Shown here in pieces: positions 9,580 to 20,687 of a stretch of 64,000 nt of DNA. The first letter of the stretch is position 1. Each line of letters starts with the position of its first letter. Source of the stretch: Candidatus Kapaibacterium sp. (GTDB lineage Bacteria; Bacteroidota; Ignavibacteria; Kapaibacteriales; Kapaibacteriaceae); NCBI GenBank assembly GCA_044224925.1, contig JBGAJM010000010.1, positions 914 to 64,913 of the forward strand. Reading direction: 5' to 3'. Position numbers and translations under genes: made by a program. Under the pieces are notes generated by a model. It was given only the letters and a program-made list of their open reading frames with translations. It made no database searches and had not been told where the DNA came from.

Positions 9580-11086
9580 ACCCCTTCAAGTTGTTCTTGA
9601 TCTCGGACTCGAGGCGGGCAGATTCGGCAAACTGCTCGTAGAGTGTTGTTGTGAGGCGTTTCATCTTTTCATCGAAGGGTTCACCATCATCCTCAACTGT
9701 TTCTGCACCAACATATCGGCCGGGTGTGAGGACGTGCCCGTGCGATGCGATCGTCGCGAGTGATGTCGATGCGCAGAAGCCGGCAACATCAGCGTAGTCC
9801 TTGCCGCCTTGCCAAGCTTGTAGTGTTCCGACGATCTTGGTGATGTCTTCGGACATGAGTTCACGGTTGACGCGCGACGTCATGGTGCCCATCTTGCGTG
9901 CATCGATGAAGAGCACTTCGCCTTTGCGTTGCTTGTTCTTGTTGATGAACCAGAGGCAGACGGGGATCTGCGTACTGTAGAAGAGTTGGCCGGGGAGGGC
10001 GACCATGCATTCGACGAGATCGTGTTCGATGAGTGACTTGCGGATCTCGCCTTCGCCGCTTTGATTCGAGCTCATGCTGCCGTTCGCAAGCACGAAGCCG
10101 GCCTTGCCGCGGGGACCCAGGTGATGGATGAAGTGTTGCACCCAGGCGAAGTTCGCATTGCCCTTTGGTGGCACACCATACTTCCATCGCACATCGTCAT
10201 CCTTGCGGAACCAATCGCTGTCGTTGAATGGTGGATTGGCGATGACGAAGTCGGCCTTGAGATCCGGATGCACATCGCGACGGAATGTGTCGGCATGCTC
10301 CGGTCCAATGTCGGCCTCGATCCCGCGGATCGCAAGATTCATGATGGCAAGTCGACGCGTGGTGGCGTTGCTCTCCTGTCCGTAGATGCTGATGTCGCCG
10401 ATCTTCCCGCCATGCGCCTCGACGAACTTCTCGCTCTGCACGAACATGCCACCGGATCCGCAACACGGATCGTAGATGCGACCCTTGTAGGGTGCGAGCA
10501 TCTCGACCAACAAGCGCACGATGCATGATGGTGTATAGAACTGTCCGCCGTTCTTCCCTTCCGCGCTTGCGAACTGCATGAGGAAGTACTCATAAACGCG
10601 ACCCAGCACGTCCTTCGAACGATTCTCTGCATCGCCAAGACCGATGGTGCTCACGAGATCGATCAACTCACCAAGTCGATGCTTGTCGAGAGCGGGTCGG
10701 GCATAGTCCTTTGGCAGCACACCTTTCAGTCGCGGATTGTCGCGCTCGATGGCCACCATGGCATCATCCAAGAACGTCCCGATCGTCATCTGTCGTGCAT
10801 TCGCCTGCAGATGCGACCACCGCGCCTCCTTCGGCACCCAGAACACCCCTTTGGCGCGATACTCATCGGCATCTTCCGGATTCGCATCCGGTTCATTCGT
10901 GAGTTGCGTGAACAGTTCTTCGAAGGAATCGGAGATGTACTTCAGGAAGATCAGACCAAGCACCACGTGCTTGTACTCTGACGCATCCATGTTGCTGCGC
11001 AGCTTGTCGGCCGCCTGCCACAGCGTGGCTTCAAAGCCGACGTTGGCGGTGGAGGAAGAGGAGGAGGATTTCTTGGATTTGGCCAT
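9563..11086 (-). CDS. hsdM: Type I R-M N6-adenine DNA methyltransferase HsdM
   Basis: HsdM_N region ([32 protein letters not shown]); SAM and catalytic motifs including VIANPPFN. Confidence 0.85.
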   Translation of the reverse strand: MAKSKKSSSSSSTANVGFEATLWQAADKLRSNMDASEYKHVVLGLIFLKYISDSFEELFTQLTNEPDANPEDADEYRAKGVFWVPKEARWSHLQANARQMTIGTFLDDAMVAIERDNPRLKGVLPKDYARPALDKHRLGELIDLVSTIGLGDAENRSKDVLGRVYEYFLMQFASAEGKNGGQFYTPSCIVRLLVEMLAPYKGRIYDPCCGSGGMFVQSEKFVEAHGGKIGDISIYGQESNATTRRLAIMNLAIRGIEADIGPEHADTFRRDVHPDLKADFVIANPPFNDSDWFRKDDDVRWKYGVPPKGNANFAWVQHFIHHLGPRGKAGFVLANGSMSSNQSGEGEIRKSLIEHDLVECMVALPGQLFYSTQIPVCLWFINKNKQRKGEVLFIDARKMGTMTSRVNRELMSEDITKIVGTLQAWQGGKDYADVAGFCASTSLATIASHGHVLTPGRYVGAETVEDDGEPFDEKMKRLTTTLYEQFAESARLESEIKNNLKGFGFGV

Positions 11087-11109
11087 AGAGCAATTTACTT
11101 CTCGGGAGA

Positions 11110-11736
11110 TTACTCTTCAGCGATCATTCGTTTCAGTTCGGAAACACATTTGGGACCGATCAGGAGTCCCTCCAACTGTTCGCCGTTGGAATACGACCCA
11201 AGCCGATTCAAGGCTTTCGAGACATAACCTTCGATGACGTTTGTGGCTACTGCTGCGATTGGACCAAGACCAAGTGAAGTGGTGGCTGCCAACGACATAA
11301 CATCCTTACCCAACACTGAGACCAAGACCTGGGTTAGGGGTGCAACACTCATTTGACCTTTCGACAATAGTGCCATCTCCTTTTTACCGCCCGGCGTGTA
11401 CTGTACCGTCACCGTTGATTGCTTGAGAAGCTTTCCATGCGTGATCATCGCCGGGGTACGAAGTTCTAAACTGACGGACAACCTCACTCTGCCATCCTTT
11501 AACAAGGATCTCTCAACAGCCGTGATCCAGAAGCTGTAGTCCTCTCCTACTTCGCCACAACGAAATGTAGGACAGCTTTTAAGTGAATGTTCGATTCCTG
11601 ACTTGATGTGACGCAGTTCTAGCTTCTCTTCAAAAGCGGTCTTCAAGTCGATCTTGATCATTCCGTCTTGCGCACAAAGCGGTGCGACAATCGGACTCAT
11701 GAACAGGAACAGACTGATAAGTACGATCTTTTTCAA
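11110..11736 (-). CDS. secreted hypothetical protein with signal peptide
   Basis: N-terminal [23 protein letters not shown] signal sequence; no recognisable domain. Confidence 0.5.
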   Translation of the reverse strand: MKKIVLISLFLFMSPIVAPLCAQDGMIKIDLKTAFEEKLELRHIKSGIEHSLKSCPTFRCGEVGEDYSFWITAVERSLLKDGRVRLSVSLELRTPAMITHGKLLKQSTVTVQYTPGGKKEMALLSKGQMSVAPLTQVLVSVLGKDVMSLAATTSLGLGPIAAVATNVIEGYVSKALNRLGSYSNGEQLEGLLIGPKCVSELKRMIAEE

Positions 11737-11948
11737 TTCCAGGGTCCTTTCGATACTGAGCGAATTCTCACTCAGTGTGATTGCTCGTGGTTACTACAAC
11801 TCATTGCTATTGCGCCACATCTCGCGTCATCCGAACAAACGTCTCGCAACGGACAGTTCAATGCCGGCATACACGCTACCGTACCTCCCTCAATTCGATT
11901 CAGCGTCATCAACTGCTTCTCAAGAGCCCACAACACAACAACCGAACA

Positions 11949-13862
11949 TCATCTACAGATCACGAGCGGCTTTACGAAGACGCCGGCACCGCGCTGCACG
12001 CGCACGTGGTACAGGCCGGAGGCCCAACGTGCGAGGTCCAGACGGGTGACTCCATCGGCATCGACCGTGAACGTGCGAACAACCGATCCATCCAGGGCCA
12101 TGATCCGCACGTCGTCGCCTGTGCGGAGGCCATCAAGAACAAGATCTTCGTCTGAGCCAGCCGGATTCGGATAGATGCTGATCTGCGCGTCTGCGACATC
12201 CGGCTCTTGAACAGAGACGGGTTGATTCGTACATGTGCTCGACGGTCCGGGATCTGCAAGGAACAGTTTCCATGCCCCTTCGGCGGCCGCAATGGCGAAC
12301 TCGTATTTGGTGTGCTGCTCGAGCGCGTTGGGCGAGGTTCCGAAACTGCTGGCGCCGTGCATGACGATCGCAGCACTATCGGACACATCGACACCATTGC
12401 GGAAAACCCGCACACCCTTTGCCGAGTCTTGATAGACGTAGATACCCCAATGCTCCGATCCATTTCCGGTGAAGAGCTCAAAGAGGTTGTAGCATGTAGC
12501 GTTCGACGGCTGCGTGGTCGCAAGAACCCAGTCGTTGAGTATGTGAAGCCGACCGTTACAGTATTGTGCGTAGAGGTAGGAGTAACGTCCGCGGGCAGGC
12601 ATCAGCGTACCTGGCCATTCACCGGATGTGAAGTCTCCATCGATGTCCATCACACCCGAGCAGGCGTTGCGGATGGAATCTCCGCTTCCATACCGGATCA
12701 CGCATGTGTCGTTCCGAAGGACGCCAGAGAATGCGCTAGGCTCAGTTGTAAGACCCACGATTCCTGACGTTGGAATGTAGCGCTGATCCTGACGTGTGAC
12801 GGTGCCATTCTCCGTAAGCATCGCTTGTCGGTAGTACGGCTCCTGGATCAGACCTGTGCCATCGTCCTTACAATCCAGCGCAACGGTGGTCGACGGAGTG
12901 CGCTCGACCGGATCGCTGCCGATCTCCATGAAGAACAAGCCGACCGATGCCTTGATCCCAAACTCATAGATCGTATGCGTCGTGCCATGACATGGCGAAG
13001 TCGAGAAGCCGAAGCGTACGCCAACGACGATGGCGGTATCGTCGGTAACATCTTTGCCGTTGAGTTCCACAACCACCGGACGCGCCGTATCGTGGTTCAC
13101 CTTGATCTTCCAATTCTCACGACCGTTGCCGGTTGAAAAGCCGAACACGTTATAGCACGTCTTCTCATACGGACCATTGCCGATCCCCCAGTCGTTCATG
13201 AGGTACATGATCTGCGACTTCGGACAGTAGTCCAAGTAGAGTTTTGAGAAACGGCCGAGGAGCGGCGTGATCCCTTCCCACTCTTGTGGTCTTCCAGGTC
13301 GGGACCGTGTGAACAGCCCATCGATCGTGTGCATCGAGTCACAAGCGAGATCGGTTGGCCAACCGTAGCCGCCCGGCGGATTCGTGACGCTTGGCTCTCG
13401 CTCGACGATCCGCGGCGTGCGTGAGAGATCGACGGGAGGACCGTTTTGCGTGGTGGGATCCGGATCGAAGGAATTCACGGCCGTGTCGAGAAGAGCACGC
13501 TTGGCGACAACCGTAGCGAGAGCTCTGCCCCATGGTCCGTCACTGATGCAGAACGAGATCGTCACGTCGCCGATTGGCGTCTGCGCCGGAAGCGTGAACG
13601 AGATGCTCTTCGCCGTAACGCCGATCACCGTTGCTTCAGTCGTCCCCACGTAGACACGAGCCAGATCCTTGATCGCCGGGGAAACGATCCCACTTCCCTC
13701 GACCACCAGTGTTCCGCTCCCTTCGATGCCAATGGTCGCCGGCTCGCAACGGACGGTGAGTTTCTCGAACATCGTATCGCATTGTGCTTGTAGCACATGA
13801 TCTGAAAGTCCGAACAGAACTGCAGCGATCAAGCTGCAACGCAAGAGGAGGTCACGTGTCAT
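11949..13862 (-). CDS. T9SS C-terminal-domain secreted protein containing an internal tandem domain duplication
   Basis: Signal peptide and a C-terminal Por sorting domain (ISIYPNPAGSDEDLVLDGL...VFVKPLVICR). Two homologous ~200-aa internal repeats (LMNDWGIGNGPYEKTCYNVFGFSTGNGRENW... / ILNDWVLATTQPSNATCYNLFELFTGNGSEHW...). Confidence 0.65.
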   Translation of the reverse strand: MTRDLLLRCSLIAAVLFGLSDHVLQAQCDTMFEKLTVRCEPATIGIEGSGTLVVEGSGIVSPAIKDLARVYVGTTEATVIGVTAKSISFTLPAQTPIGDVTISFCISDGPWGRALATVVAKRALLDTAVNSFDPDPTTQNGPPVDLSRTPRIVEREPSVTNPPGGYGWPTDLACDSMHTIDGLFTRSRPGRPQEWEGITPLLGRFSKLYLDYCPKSQIMYLMNDWGIGNGPYEKTCYNVFGFSTGNGRENWKIKVNHDTARPVVVELNGKDVTDDTAIVVGVRFGFSTSPCHGTTHTIYEFGIKASVGLFFMEIGSDPVERTPSTTVALDCKDDGTGLIQEPYYRQAMLTENGTVTRQDQRYIPTSGIVGLTTEPSAFSGVLRNDTCVIRYGSGDSIRNACSGVMDIDGDFTSGEWPGTLMPARGRYSYLYAQYCNGRLHILNDWVLATTQPSNATCYNLFELFTGNGSEHWGIYVYQDSAKGVRVFRNGVDVSDSAAIVMHGASSFGTSPNALEQHTKYEFAIAAAEGAWKLFLADPGPSSTCTNQPVSVQEPDVADAQISIYPNPAGSDEDLVLDGLRTGDDVRIMALDGSVVRTFTVDADGVTRLDLARWASGLYHVRVQRGAGVFVKPLVICR

Positions 13863-13872
13863 GGGTTGTAGA

Positions 13873-15699
13873 TCAGCGTTGAATGAGCAGTTTGAAGGTC
13901 GTCGTTCCTTGCGGCGTCATGATCCGGCCATAGTAGACACCACGTGATAGATCCTGTGTATCCAGACCGATGCGGTTCAAGCCCTCGTGCGCATCGACAA
14001 CTTCTATGGATCGAACCCGTGATCCCGTTGCATCGATCAGCTCAAGCGTGGCTTTTCCAGGAGCTTTCATCAACACGATCACTTCGGCGCGATCCGCGGT
14101 TGGTGTTGGTTGGACGATCGCGGATTGTTGGTTCGTATAGGAGTCGGGGTCGATCTCCACGCCCGTCACCACCGGATCGCACGAATACACGACCGAACGC
14201 GAAAGGAGTGTGTCGTTCGCTACGTAGACGATCTGAAGCTTCTGCGAGCCCATGGTTGGATCGCAGTCGGGCAGCGTAAAGTAGATCGTACAGCACTCAT
14301 CCTCCGAGATCTCCGAGATCAACCGACCATACAGACTGTCAAGCTCCGCACCGCGATCGATCTGAAACACCTTACCGCGCGGCGCGGCGGCGACGAATGA
14401 GCGCATCGTATCGAGCGCTTTCAGTTCGTTCGGATCGTTCTTGAATCCTAGGGCCACGAGATAGATCGGAATGTTCGCTTGTGTGATCGCGTCCACCAAT
14501 TGAGCGGGTCGTATCGTCGATCGATTGTCGACGCCATCCGTCATCGCGATCACAAACCGGTTTGGACTCGAGTTCACGCGTGCCTTGGCAAGACCAACAC
14601 TCAGCGCGTCATAGAACGCCGTATTCCCATCGGCGTTGAGATCGTTCACCGTTGTGATCAATTCCTGCTTGTTCGACGTCCAGTCCTTGCGTAGCTCCAC
14701 CACGTCGTTGAATCGGATCACACATGCACTATCACTGGGATGCATGCGGTTGATGAAGCGCGTGAGTGCGCGCTTGATCGCATCCATACGCGTGATCGTC
14801 TCGTTCTCGTACGAGATGTCGCTTCGCATACTGCCAGAGTTATCGACCACCAAGACCGCTGACATCTCATTGCCCGCCTCGCGTTGGTCGCATCGAATGG
14901 AGTCAGGACAAATGAAGCGTCCGTTCACAGCGATGCCGAGCTGGTTTGCTTCGCGGAGGCGATTCACTCGACCGTCGACCGCATTGGTATCGCTTGCGAG
15001 AATGGACGCGTCGATCTTCAGCCCTACCACCCTTCCGCTGCTCACCACCTTTTCGACATTACAAAGGTTGATGTCTTCCGGCAGGATCTCTTCGACGGTC
15101 ACTTTCAGTCCACCGCAATTGTCCTCATATCGCGCCACCGTCCGCTGCTGCGCGATGTTGAACGTTGAATCCAGGATCTGGAACACGAATGCCGAACCCG
15201 TACCGGCCTTCTCGATCTGATACCGGTGGATCGAACGGTTCAATGGTTGCGCGGGGAGCGGCTCTCCGTTGACGCGAAAGCCGAGGTTCTTTCGGAAACT
15301 GATCTCGAACAACGGCGTGAGTCCGAGCGACTTCGGCGGGAAGGCCCACACGGTCGAATCTCCCACCCAATGTGGGATCTCGACAAATGGCGAGGTAAGG
15401 ATACGTTTGGGTGGCCAGCGAAATGCATCGATCTCCTCTTGGGGTACATCGTACACCCAGGCTGCATCGACACCGTGGCAATCCGTGAACTGCGGCCACT
15501 GGCTATATGTGCCTTCTACCGTAATCCGGTAGGTGGCCGTTGGCCTGGTCGGCGGCGAGGAGATCGCAATGCCGGACGTAGCATCAAGTCGGGTTGTGAA
15601 GGGGAATTGCGCGAGTGCCAGCGTGGGCACCATCGCGAACACCGTCATGCAGATCAAAAGTTTGCGGACCAAGTCCATGCCACCACGTACAACCGTCAC
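13873..15699 (-). CDS. von Willebrand factor A domain protein with T9SS C-terminal sorting domain
   Basis: MIDAS motif in LVVDNSGSMRSD...TAFYDAL...MTDGVDN; signal peptide; C-terminal T9SS-like domain (ATLELIDATGSRVRSIEV...GVYYGRIMTPQGTTTFKLLIQR). Confidence 0.65.
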   Translation of the reverse strand: MTVVRGGMDLVRKLLICMTVFAMVPTLALAQFPFTTRLDATSGIAISSPPTRPTATYRITVEGTYSQWPQFTDCHGVDAAWVYDVPQEEIDAFRWPPKRILTSPFVEIPHWVGDSTVWAFPPKSLGLTPLFEISFRKNLGFRVNGEPLPAQPLNRSIHRYQIEKAGTGSAFVFQILDSTFNIAQQRTVARYEDNCGGLKVTVEEILPEDINLCNVEKVVSSGRVVGLKIDASILASDTNAVDGRVNRLREANQLGIAVNGRFICPDSIRCDQREAGNEMSAVLVVDNSGSMRSDISYENETITRMDAIKRALTRFINRMHPSDSACVIRFNDVVELRKDWTSNKQELITTVNDLNADGNTAFYDALSVGLAKARVNSSPNRFVIAMTDGVDNRSTIRPAQLVDAITQANIPIYLVALGFKNDPNELKALDTMRSFVAAAPRGKVFQIDRGAELDSLYGRLISEISEDECCTIYFTLPDCDPTMGSQKLQIVYVANDTLLSRSVVYSCDPVVTGVEIDPDSYTNQQSAIVQPTPTADRAEVIVLMKAPGKATLELIDATGSRVRSIEVVDAHEGLNRIGLDTQDLSRGVYYGRIMTPQGTTTFKLLIQR

Positions 15700-15880
15700 G
15701 TTATCACCCTCATTCTATGAATACGTACGCGAATGTAACGAAATGCGCATTGATTTTTCAGCGCACACGTTCGAGTCGCCGAAGATCGGAGAAGTGGCGA
15801 CATGTGGTGTCGTCAACGCTACTGCACATCAGTAGCACGTGAATACTGTGCAATTGATCGAGAACGATCGATCACCGTCT

Positions 15881-16786
15881 TCACCCCTCAAAATAGTCAC
15901 TGTCGATCTTCTTGATCTCGATCGTCCGGGCAATCGACACACCAACGTTATGCTCGATCATGAGTTCTGCCAACCGAGCTCCATCAATGAGGATCACTTT
16001 CTGAGAGATAGCGCTGGCGTACTCGTGGGCACCTTTTGAGAAATCAGAGGTGGTTATCATGATCCCTTTGTTTGCCTGTTTTCCGGCAAGAGCACCGACG
16101 AAGGCCTGCACGTCCCCACGACCTACGTTACTCGACCACCGCTTTGCTTGGATGTAGACGACGTCAAGACCCAATCGGTCCTGGTTAATGATGCCATCAA
16201 TACCTTCATCGCCTGATTTCCGAGTGACGGTTGAGGCTTCCTCACGCGAACCACCGTATCCCATTGCCGAGAGCAGGTCCACGACCAACTGTTCGAACTG
16301 ATACGGATCCATCCTCGCCATTTGTCCAATTAGTTCTGCGGCCAGTGAAAGGTTGAGTTTCTCGAAGGCATCGGAGATCAACTCATCCGGTGTCACCTCG
16401 GAATCGTCATCGGTGGGGGCTTCATTCTTGGAGGACCGCTCCGATCGATCTCGGAAGGCAACAAATGACGGGAACTGACTCAAGTAGCGGACCGTGATGC
16501 GATCCGGCGGCGACTGTAGCACCCTGCGACCTTCATCGCTGATCGAGTACACAGCTCGTTTCTCTGAAACAATGAGCCCAGCCTGCTTGAGATGCGTTAG
16601 GCACCAACCGATTCGGTTTGCAAAGAGCGGTGCGCGACGGCTCGGTAGCATCTCGGCGAGTTCCTCACTTGTGAGTTGATACTTCTCAGCCAAGCTCGTC
16701 CGTATCTGATTCGTAGAGGTCTCTCCCTTTATATCGATCAACTGAAGGATTGGGAGCATCATCGACTGAAAGTCGGGTATCGGCAT
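15881..16786 (-). CDS. mrr: Mrr-family type IV restriction endonuclease (Mrr_N winged helix + Mrr_cat)
   Basis: N-terminus MPIPDFQSMMLPILQLI...; catalytic PD-(D/E)xK region GDEGIDGIINQDRLGLDVVYIQAKRW. Confidence 0.75.
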   Translation of the reverse strand: MPIPDFQSMMLPILQLIDIKGETSTNQIRTSLAEKYQLTSEELAEMLPSRRAPLFANRIGWCLTHLKQAGLIVSEKRAVYSISDEGRRVLQSPPDRITVRYLSQFPSFVAFRDRSERSSKNEAPTDDDSEVTPDELISDAFEKLNLSLAAELIGQMARMDPYQFEQLVVDLLSAMGYGGSREEASTVTRKSGDEGIDGIINQDRLGLDVVYIQAKRWSSNVGRGDVQAFVGALAGKQANKGIMITTSDFSKGAHEYASAISQKVILIDGARLAELMIEHNVGVSIARTIEIKKIDSDYFEG

Positions 16787-16828
16787 TTGAGCTCAATGAT
16801 TGGTTGAGAACAATAGACAGGTCACTAT

Positions 16829-17290
16829 TTACAACAAATCCTCGCCGGTCAGCGCCATTTCCATTCTGTCCGCTTCTCTTGCACATTGCAGGATGGCGAA
16901 TCGGATCTCCGGCTTTGTCAAACCCACAGTTGGAAGTTCACAGACGACCGTGAATCCATCGTTCTCAACAATAGCACGAGCCATCGGCATTCCGGCATTC
17001 TGGTCCGCAAGAAACTCAACCTGTTCTTTTTCTGTCCTGCTCGGATCTACTGGGGCCGAATAACTGCGGAACTCTACCGACTTTTCGTTCAGTCTCCACA
17101 TAACGTCTTGTTTGCGGCCGTGGTCAAGAGAGACGCGAACCTTCGCTCGCATTACACGAAACGTCGCTGCCGGAAGCGCGCTGATCAGGCTCTCGAGCTG
17201 TTCATTCGTCATATGTCGCTCCATCATGTTCTTCATCCGTTCTGATGATCTCACGTTCCACATCGTCCGCTGCACGCGTAACCCGCTCAA
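16829..17290 (-). CDS. small hypothetical protein (130-153 aa), last gene of the PLD-SNF2 operon
   Basis: ORF overlaps the SNF2 gene stop. The likely start is an internal Met (17212-17227), giving a short overlap. No confident domain; weak resemblance to the YbjN/chaperone-like fold is speculative. Confidence 0.35.
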   Translation of the reverse strand: MSGLRVQRTMWNVRSSERMKNMMERHMTNEQLESLISALPAATFRVMRAKVRVSLDHGRKQDVMWRLNEKSVEFRSYSAPVDPSRTEKEQVEFLADQNAGMPMARAIVENDGFTVVCELPTVGLTKPEIRFAILQCAREADRMEMALTGEDLL

Positions 17291-20200
17291 TACACCACAA
17301 TACGCGCTCTACATCAAAACTGTCATTGCCGAGAAGCACCTCGCCGATCGATCGAAGCTGAATTGCCTCCTGTTTAAGACTCTTCCGAACGATCACGTGC
17401 TTTAGTTCTGGATGCGACAGTATCGTGCGCCAACCGTTCTGGAGTTTATGCACGGGACCGTCGTAGATGATGCTTCTGCACGTGACATAGACCTGGTCAT
17501 GCTCGGTCTCCATTGTTAGAATGATGTCCTCCCTTCGACCATTTTCCAAGTTGACAACCCCTCGATACCGATAGGGTTCCGGATGCAGATCCCATTCAAC
17601 CTGCTGAAGTTTCTTTAGCTCCCTGCAGATCGCAGCAAATCGCTTTGCAAGTGCCTTTGCTTTGCTACCGCTTTCTTTGAGCGTGCGCTCTGTGCCATGT
17701 AGAAGCTCTCTAGAAACCGGGAAGGCGCTCTTGAGTGGCTCGGTGATCGCAGGCGGTATCTGAAGGTCTGCGAGGGATTGCGCGGTGACAACGATCTCCG
17801 AGCCGCTGTCGTTTCTCACTGCGGTTTCATGCATCATCTGATGAAAAGCATTCATCCGCTCAAAGACGCGCTTCACTTGAAGCGTCTCGTACGTTTCCTT
17901 GAGGTACGGATAATAGACCTGGATCTTAGCTGCATCGACGATCTGGTCTGACATCCGCGTCAATCGACGCTCCGTTAGAGATCTCACCCTATCTACACGA
18001 CCTATTCGTTGTTCCATGGAAGATGGCATCCAGCCGATACCATAGTGGTAGATGCGCGCGCAGAACAAATGCAGATCTTCGCCCTCTTGGAGAAGGTCCG
18101 TCGTAACAAGTACAAAGGGATAGCCTGGCATCCGGAATTGCTTTACAACCCTGCGATTGATCCGGCCATACATCCCCGCAACAGGCATCTGTTCGCCAAG
18201 AGTTCGTGCAGTTACTCGGTCGTATGCGATGGGAGATTGCGATCCAAGATCATCCAGATTTAGATCAATGATTGAGTCGAGATTCGACGCCACCTCTCGC
18301 AGCTCGTGATATGCTCTGAACCCTCCTTTGCCATGCAATTCATCTGTCTTCTGTCTACGAAGTTCCTCCAGCCAAGAACGTACAAGCTTGTCATCTGATT
18401 TTTGATCATCAACGTCATCGCCGTGTGAAGCTCTCGTCCGAATCCGAATCGAAGAACGATATCGCGCTACGCAGAGATAGAGATCCACAAAGGCATGTCC
18501 AAGGCGCGACGTCGTTGATAGTACAGACATCTTGCGCAATAACATTTCGCATTTGGCATCAGTATCTGCACGCACCACGTCTGCTCCCCACAGTTCAGAG
18601 CATAGTTCAGTGTCGTTCATCAGCTCGGAGAAATAGGTCGGCATCTCGAGCCATCTCTTGACGTCAATATCAACTGGATTTGAACCATCCCCATGAGTAT
18701 AGCCTTCGAACCGAACGTTCAAGAGTACGCTGGCGATTTGTGACTCTTTATTGTGCGAGTCCCTAAGTTCAATCAAGGCAGCATACTGAACAGCCTCAAA
18801 CTGCGCTTGGCGTGTCCTTTCGTCACTATTCGATCCACGTTTGCGTACCGTTCGCGCTTTGTCCTTAACTCTCTGCACCAATTCGTCTTCGCCTAGGCTC
18901 AGTAGCTCTGCAAGACGGCTCAGCACGCCGCTCGCAGGCACTTCTAGGACATACGAACAGTAATTCAGTTCGAAGAATGTCGCGTAGACTCCCGTTGTTG
19001 ATCGGAACCGTTTGTTCAATGTGGCGCCACTGAACACATCGGATGGCCCCTCACCTCGAAAGTACCATTCGAAGAAGGTATTGATGCCTCCGGGATCTGC
19101 TTTCTCGACCTCGCTTAGCTTTTCGATATCAATGTCGGGTGTCCTATGTCGTTTTCGTTTTAGTAGGTTCTCATAGTACTCCTCGACACACTTGTTGAAC
19201 CTCGAAATCGACTTGCTATAAACACGGAGTTCTGCTCGCATCCGCCCAATGATGAACTCATTGTAGTGCTCATCGAGTCGTGGTTTGATCTCACGAACCC
19301 ATGCGATCCTTCGGACGAACACTAATGCCTTCTCGCCCGTATGGAATCTCGACGTGAGGTGATCTACAAGGGCGTCCATCTTTGGGTGCGGCAATTCAGT
19401 GTGGAACCTATCGCGGTGACTGCGCGTGATCGCATTCACAACGCCGACATCTGCGCCGTTCTTGACGCGGCTGTCATTCGTCTGTTCGGCACCGTCAAAG
19501 ATCTCGCTGCTGTCACTGCTCTCTACATTGCCTTTTACATCCAGAACATTCTCCAGCGTCTCCTCAAAGCTCTCAAACGAAGCCAGCAGTCCCGTCTGGA
19601 ACGCATTCCCGAAACGAGTGCGAAGCACTGTTGACACGTTCTTTTGCACAAGGGCCGTGGCGAGATACTGCTTCAGTGTCGGTCGACCCAACGGCTCGTC
19701 ATGTTCCGTAAGGCCGCCATGCCTCCATTCCAAACGATACATGTTTCGTGTTAGGGCCTGCCCGGCGACGGAAATAGAATAGGTTCTTCTGATCAGGAAT
19801 TGCCTTGCACATTCATGTTTCTCAGCTTCAGTGAGGACAGTAGAAGTCCCTGGCTTCACGGCTCCGTCTTTCAGTGACGTGAAGTTGTCACCCTTATCAA
19901 ACACCTCGAGCTGACCGAAGAGATGTCCATACGACTGCTCCACCGGCGTTGCTGATAGAAACAGAACGCTCCCAACCTTTCCTTTGAACACAGCATTCAG
20001 CGTGTGATTTCTCGCGGCCGTGCCTTTCTTGAGACCGTGTTTAAGGTTATGCCCCTCATCAACAATGAGGAGATCGAAGTATGGGAGGACCTTGTTGATC
20101 TCCGTAGCTACTCGTTTCTTTAGGACGTCTTTCGTACCCCTCGCAAAGCGCTCGACTTTGACGAACGGCAGTACGTCGCGCAGTCTGTTCAACAGCCTTT

Positions 20201-20687
20201 CCTGGGATTCCGCTGTGACCATTTCACCCTCTTCGACAGATGCCGACAAGCTGAAGCTGCCGAGACGAAGGAAGAAATCACGGTCTGGGTCGATCGAGAC
20301 CTCCCTGACAAAGTCGAACAGTGAACTGATCTTGACCTGTTTCCGCGACGAACCGCCGTTCAGGCCCTGATTTCGCAGATCCGCAAAGCGCACGTTGTTC
20401 TTCGAGAACTGCTTCATCTCCTTCATCCACTTTTCTTGGATGTTACCTCGAGGCGCGATGATCGCCACTCGAATATCTGGCTTGAGATGTCTGATAAGCG
20501 CAAGCGCTCCCATCGCAACATAGGTCTTCCCCATGCCGACTTCGTCGGCGAGATACGCCACGCCTTGGGTATCTAGGATGTTGGCTATCGCGACTGCACC
20601 CTCAAGCTGAGTCGCAGCAGTGTAGTCTGGAACTCCCTTCCCCTTGAATTCGAGCAGTTTCGATGCAAGACGAATGTCGTACTTCAT
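17202..20687 (-). CDS. SNF2-family (SF2) helicase, 1161 aa
   Basis: Motif I LADEVGMGKTYVAMG, motif II LLIVDEGHNLK (DEGH box), motif VI QRIGRVDRV. About 300 aa of extra C-terminal extension. Confidence 0.75.
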   Translation of the reverse strand: MKYDIRLASKLLEFKGKGVPDYTAATQLEGAVAIANILDTQGVAYLADEVGMGKTYVAMGALALIRHLKPDIRVAIIAPRGNIQEKWMKEMKQFSKNNVRFADLRNQGLNGGSSRKQVKISSLFDFVREVSIDPDRDFFLRLGSFSLSASVEEGEMVTAESQERLLNRLRDVLPFVKVERFARGTKDVLKKRVATEINKVLPYFDLLIVDEGHNLKHGLKKGTAARNHTLNAVFKGKVGSVLFLSATPVEQSYGHLFGQLEVFDKGDNFTSLKDGAVKPGTSTVLTEAEKHECARQFLIRRTYSISVAGQALTRNMYRLEWRHGGLTEHDEPLGRPTLKQYLATALVQKNVSTVLRTRFGNAFQTGLLASFESFEETLENVLDVKGNVESSDSSEIFDGAEQTNDSRVKNGADVGVVNAITRSHRDRFHTELPHPKMDALVDHLTSRFHTGEKALVFVRRIAWVREIKPRLDEHYNEFIIGRMRAELRVYSKSISRFNKCVEEYYENLLKRKRHRTPDIDIEKLSEVEKADPGGINTFFEWYFRGEGPSDVFSGATLNKRFRSTTGVYATFFELNYCSYVLEVPASGVLSRLAELLSLGEDELVQRVKDKARTVRKRGSNSDERTRQAQFEAVQYAALIELRDSHNKESQIASVLLNVRFEGYTHGDGSNPVDIDVKRWLEMPTYFSELMNDTELCSELWGADVVRADTDAKCEMLLRKMSVLSTTSRLGHAFVDLYLCVARYRSSIRIRTRASHGDDVDDQKSDDKLVRSWLEELRRQKTDELHGKGGFRAYHELREVASNLDSIIDLNLDDLGSQSPIAYDRVTARTLGEQMPVAGMYGRINRRVVKQFRMPGYPFVLVTTDLLQEGEDLHLFCARIYHYGIGWMPSSMEQRIGRVDRVRSLTERRLTRMSDQIVDAAKIQVYYPYLKETYETLQVKRVFERMNAFHQMMHETAVRNDSGSEIVVTAQSLADLQIPPAITEPLKSAFPVSRELLHGTERTLKESGSKAKALAKRFAAICRELKKLQQVEWDLHPEPYRYRGVVNLENGRREDIILTMETEHDQVYVTCRSIIYDGPVHKLQNGWRTILSHPELKHVIVRKSLKQEAIQLRSIGEVLLGNDSFDVERVLWCIERVTRAADDVEREIIRTDEEHDGATYDE

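Noticed and set aside
9861-10638. Several 85-155-aa ORFs inside hsdM in other frames or strands
   Set aside because: Embedded in the well-supported hsdM reading frame. GC-rich frame artefacts.
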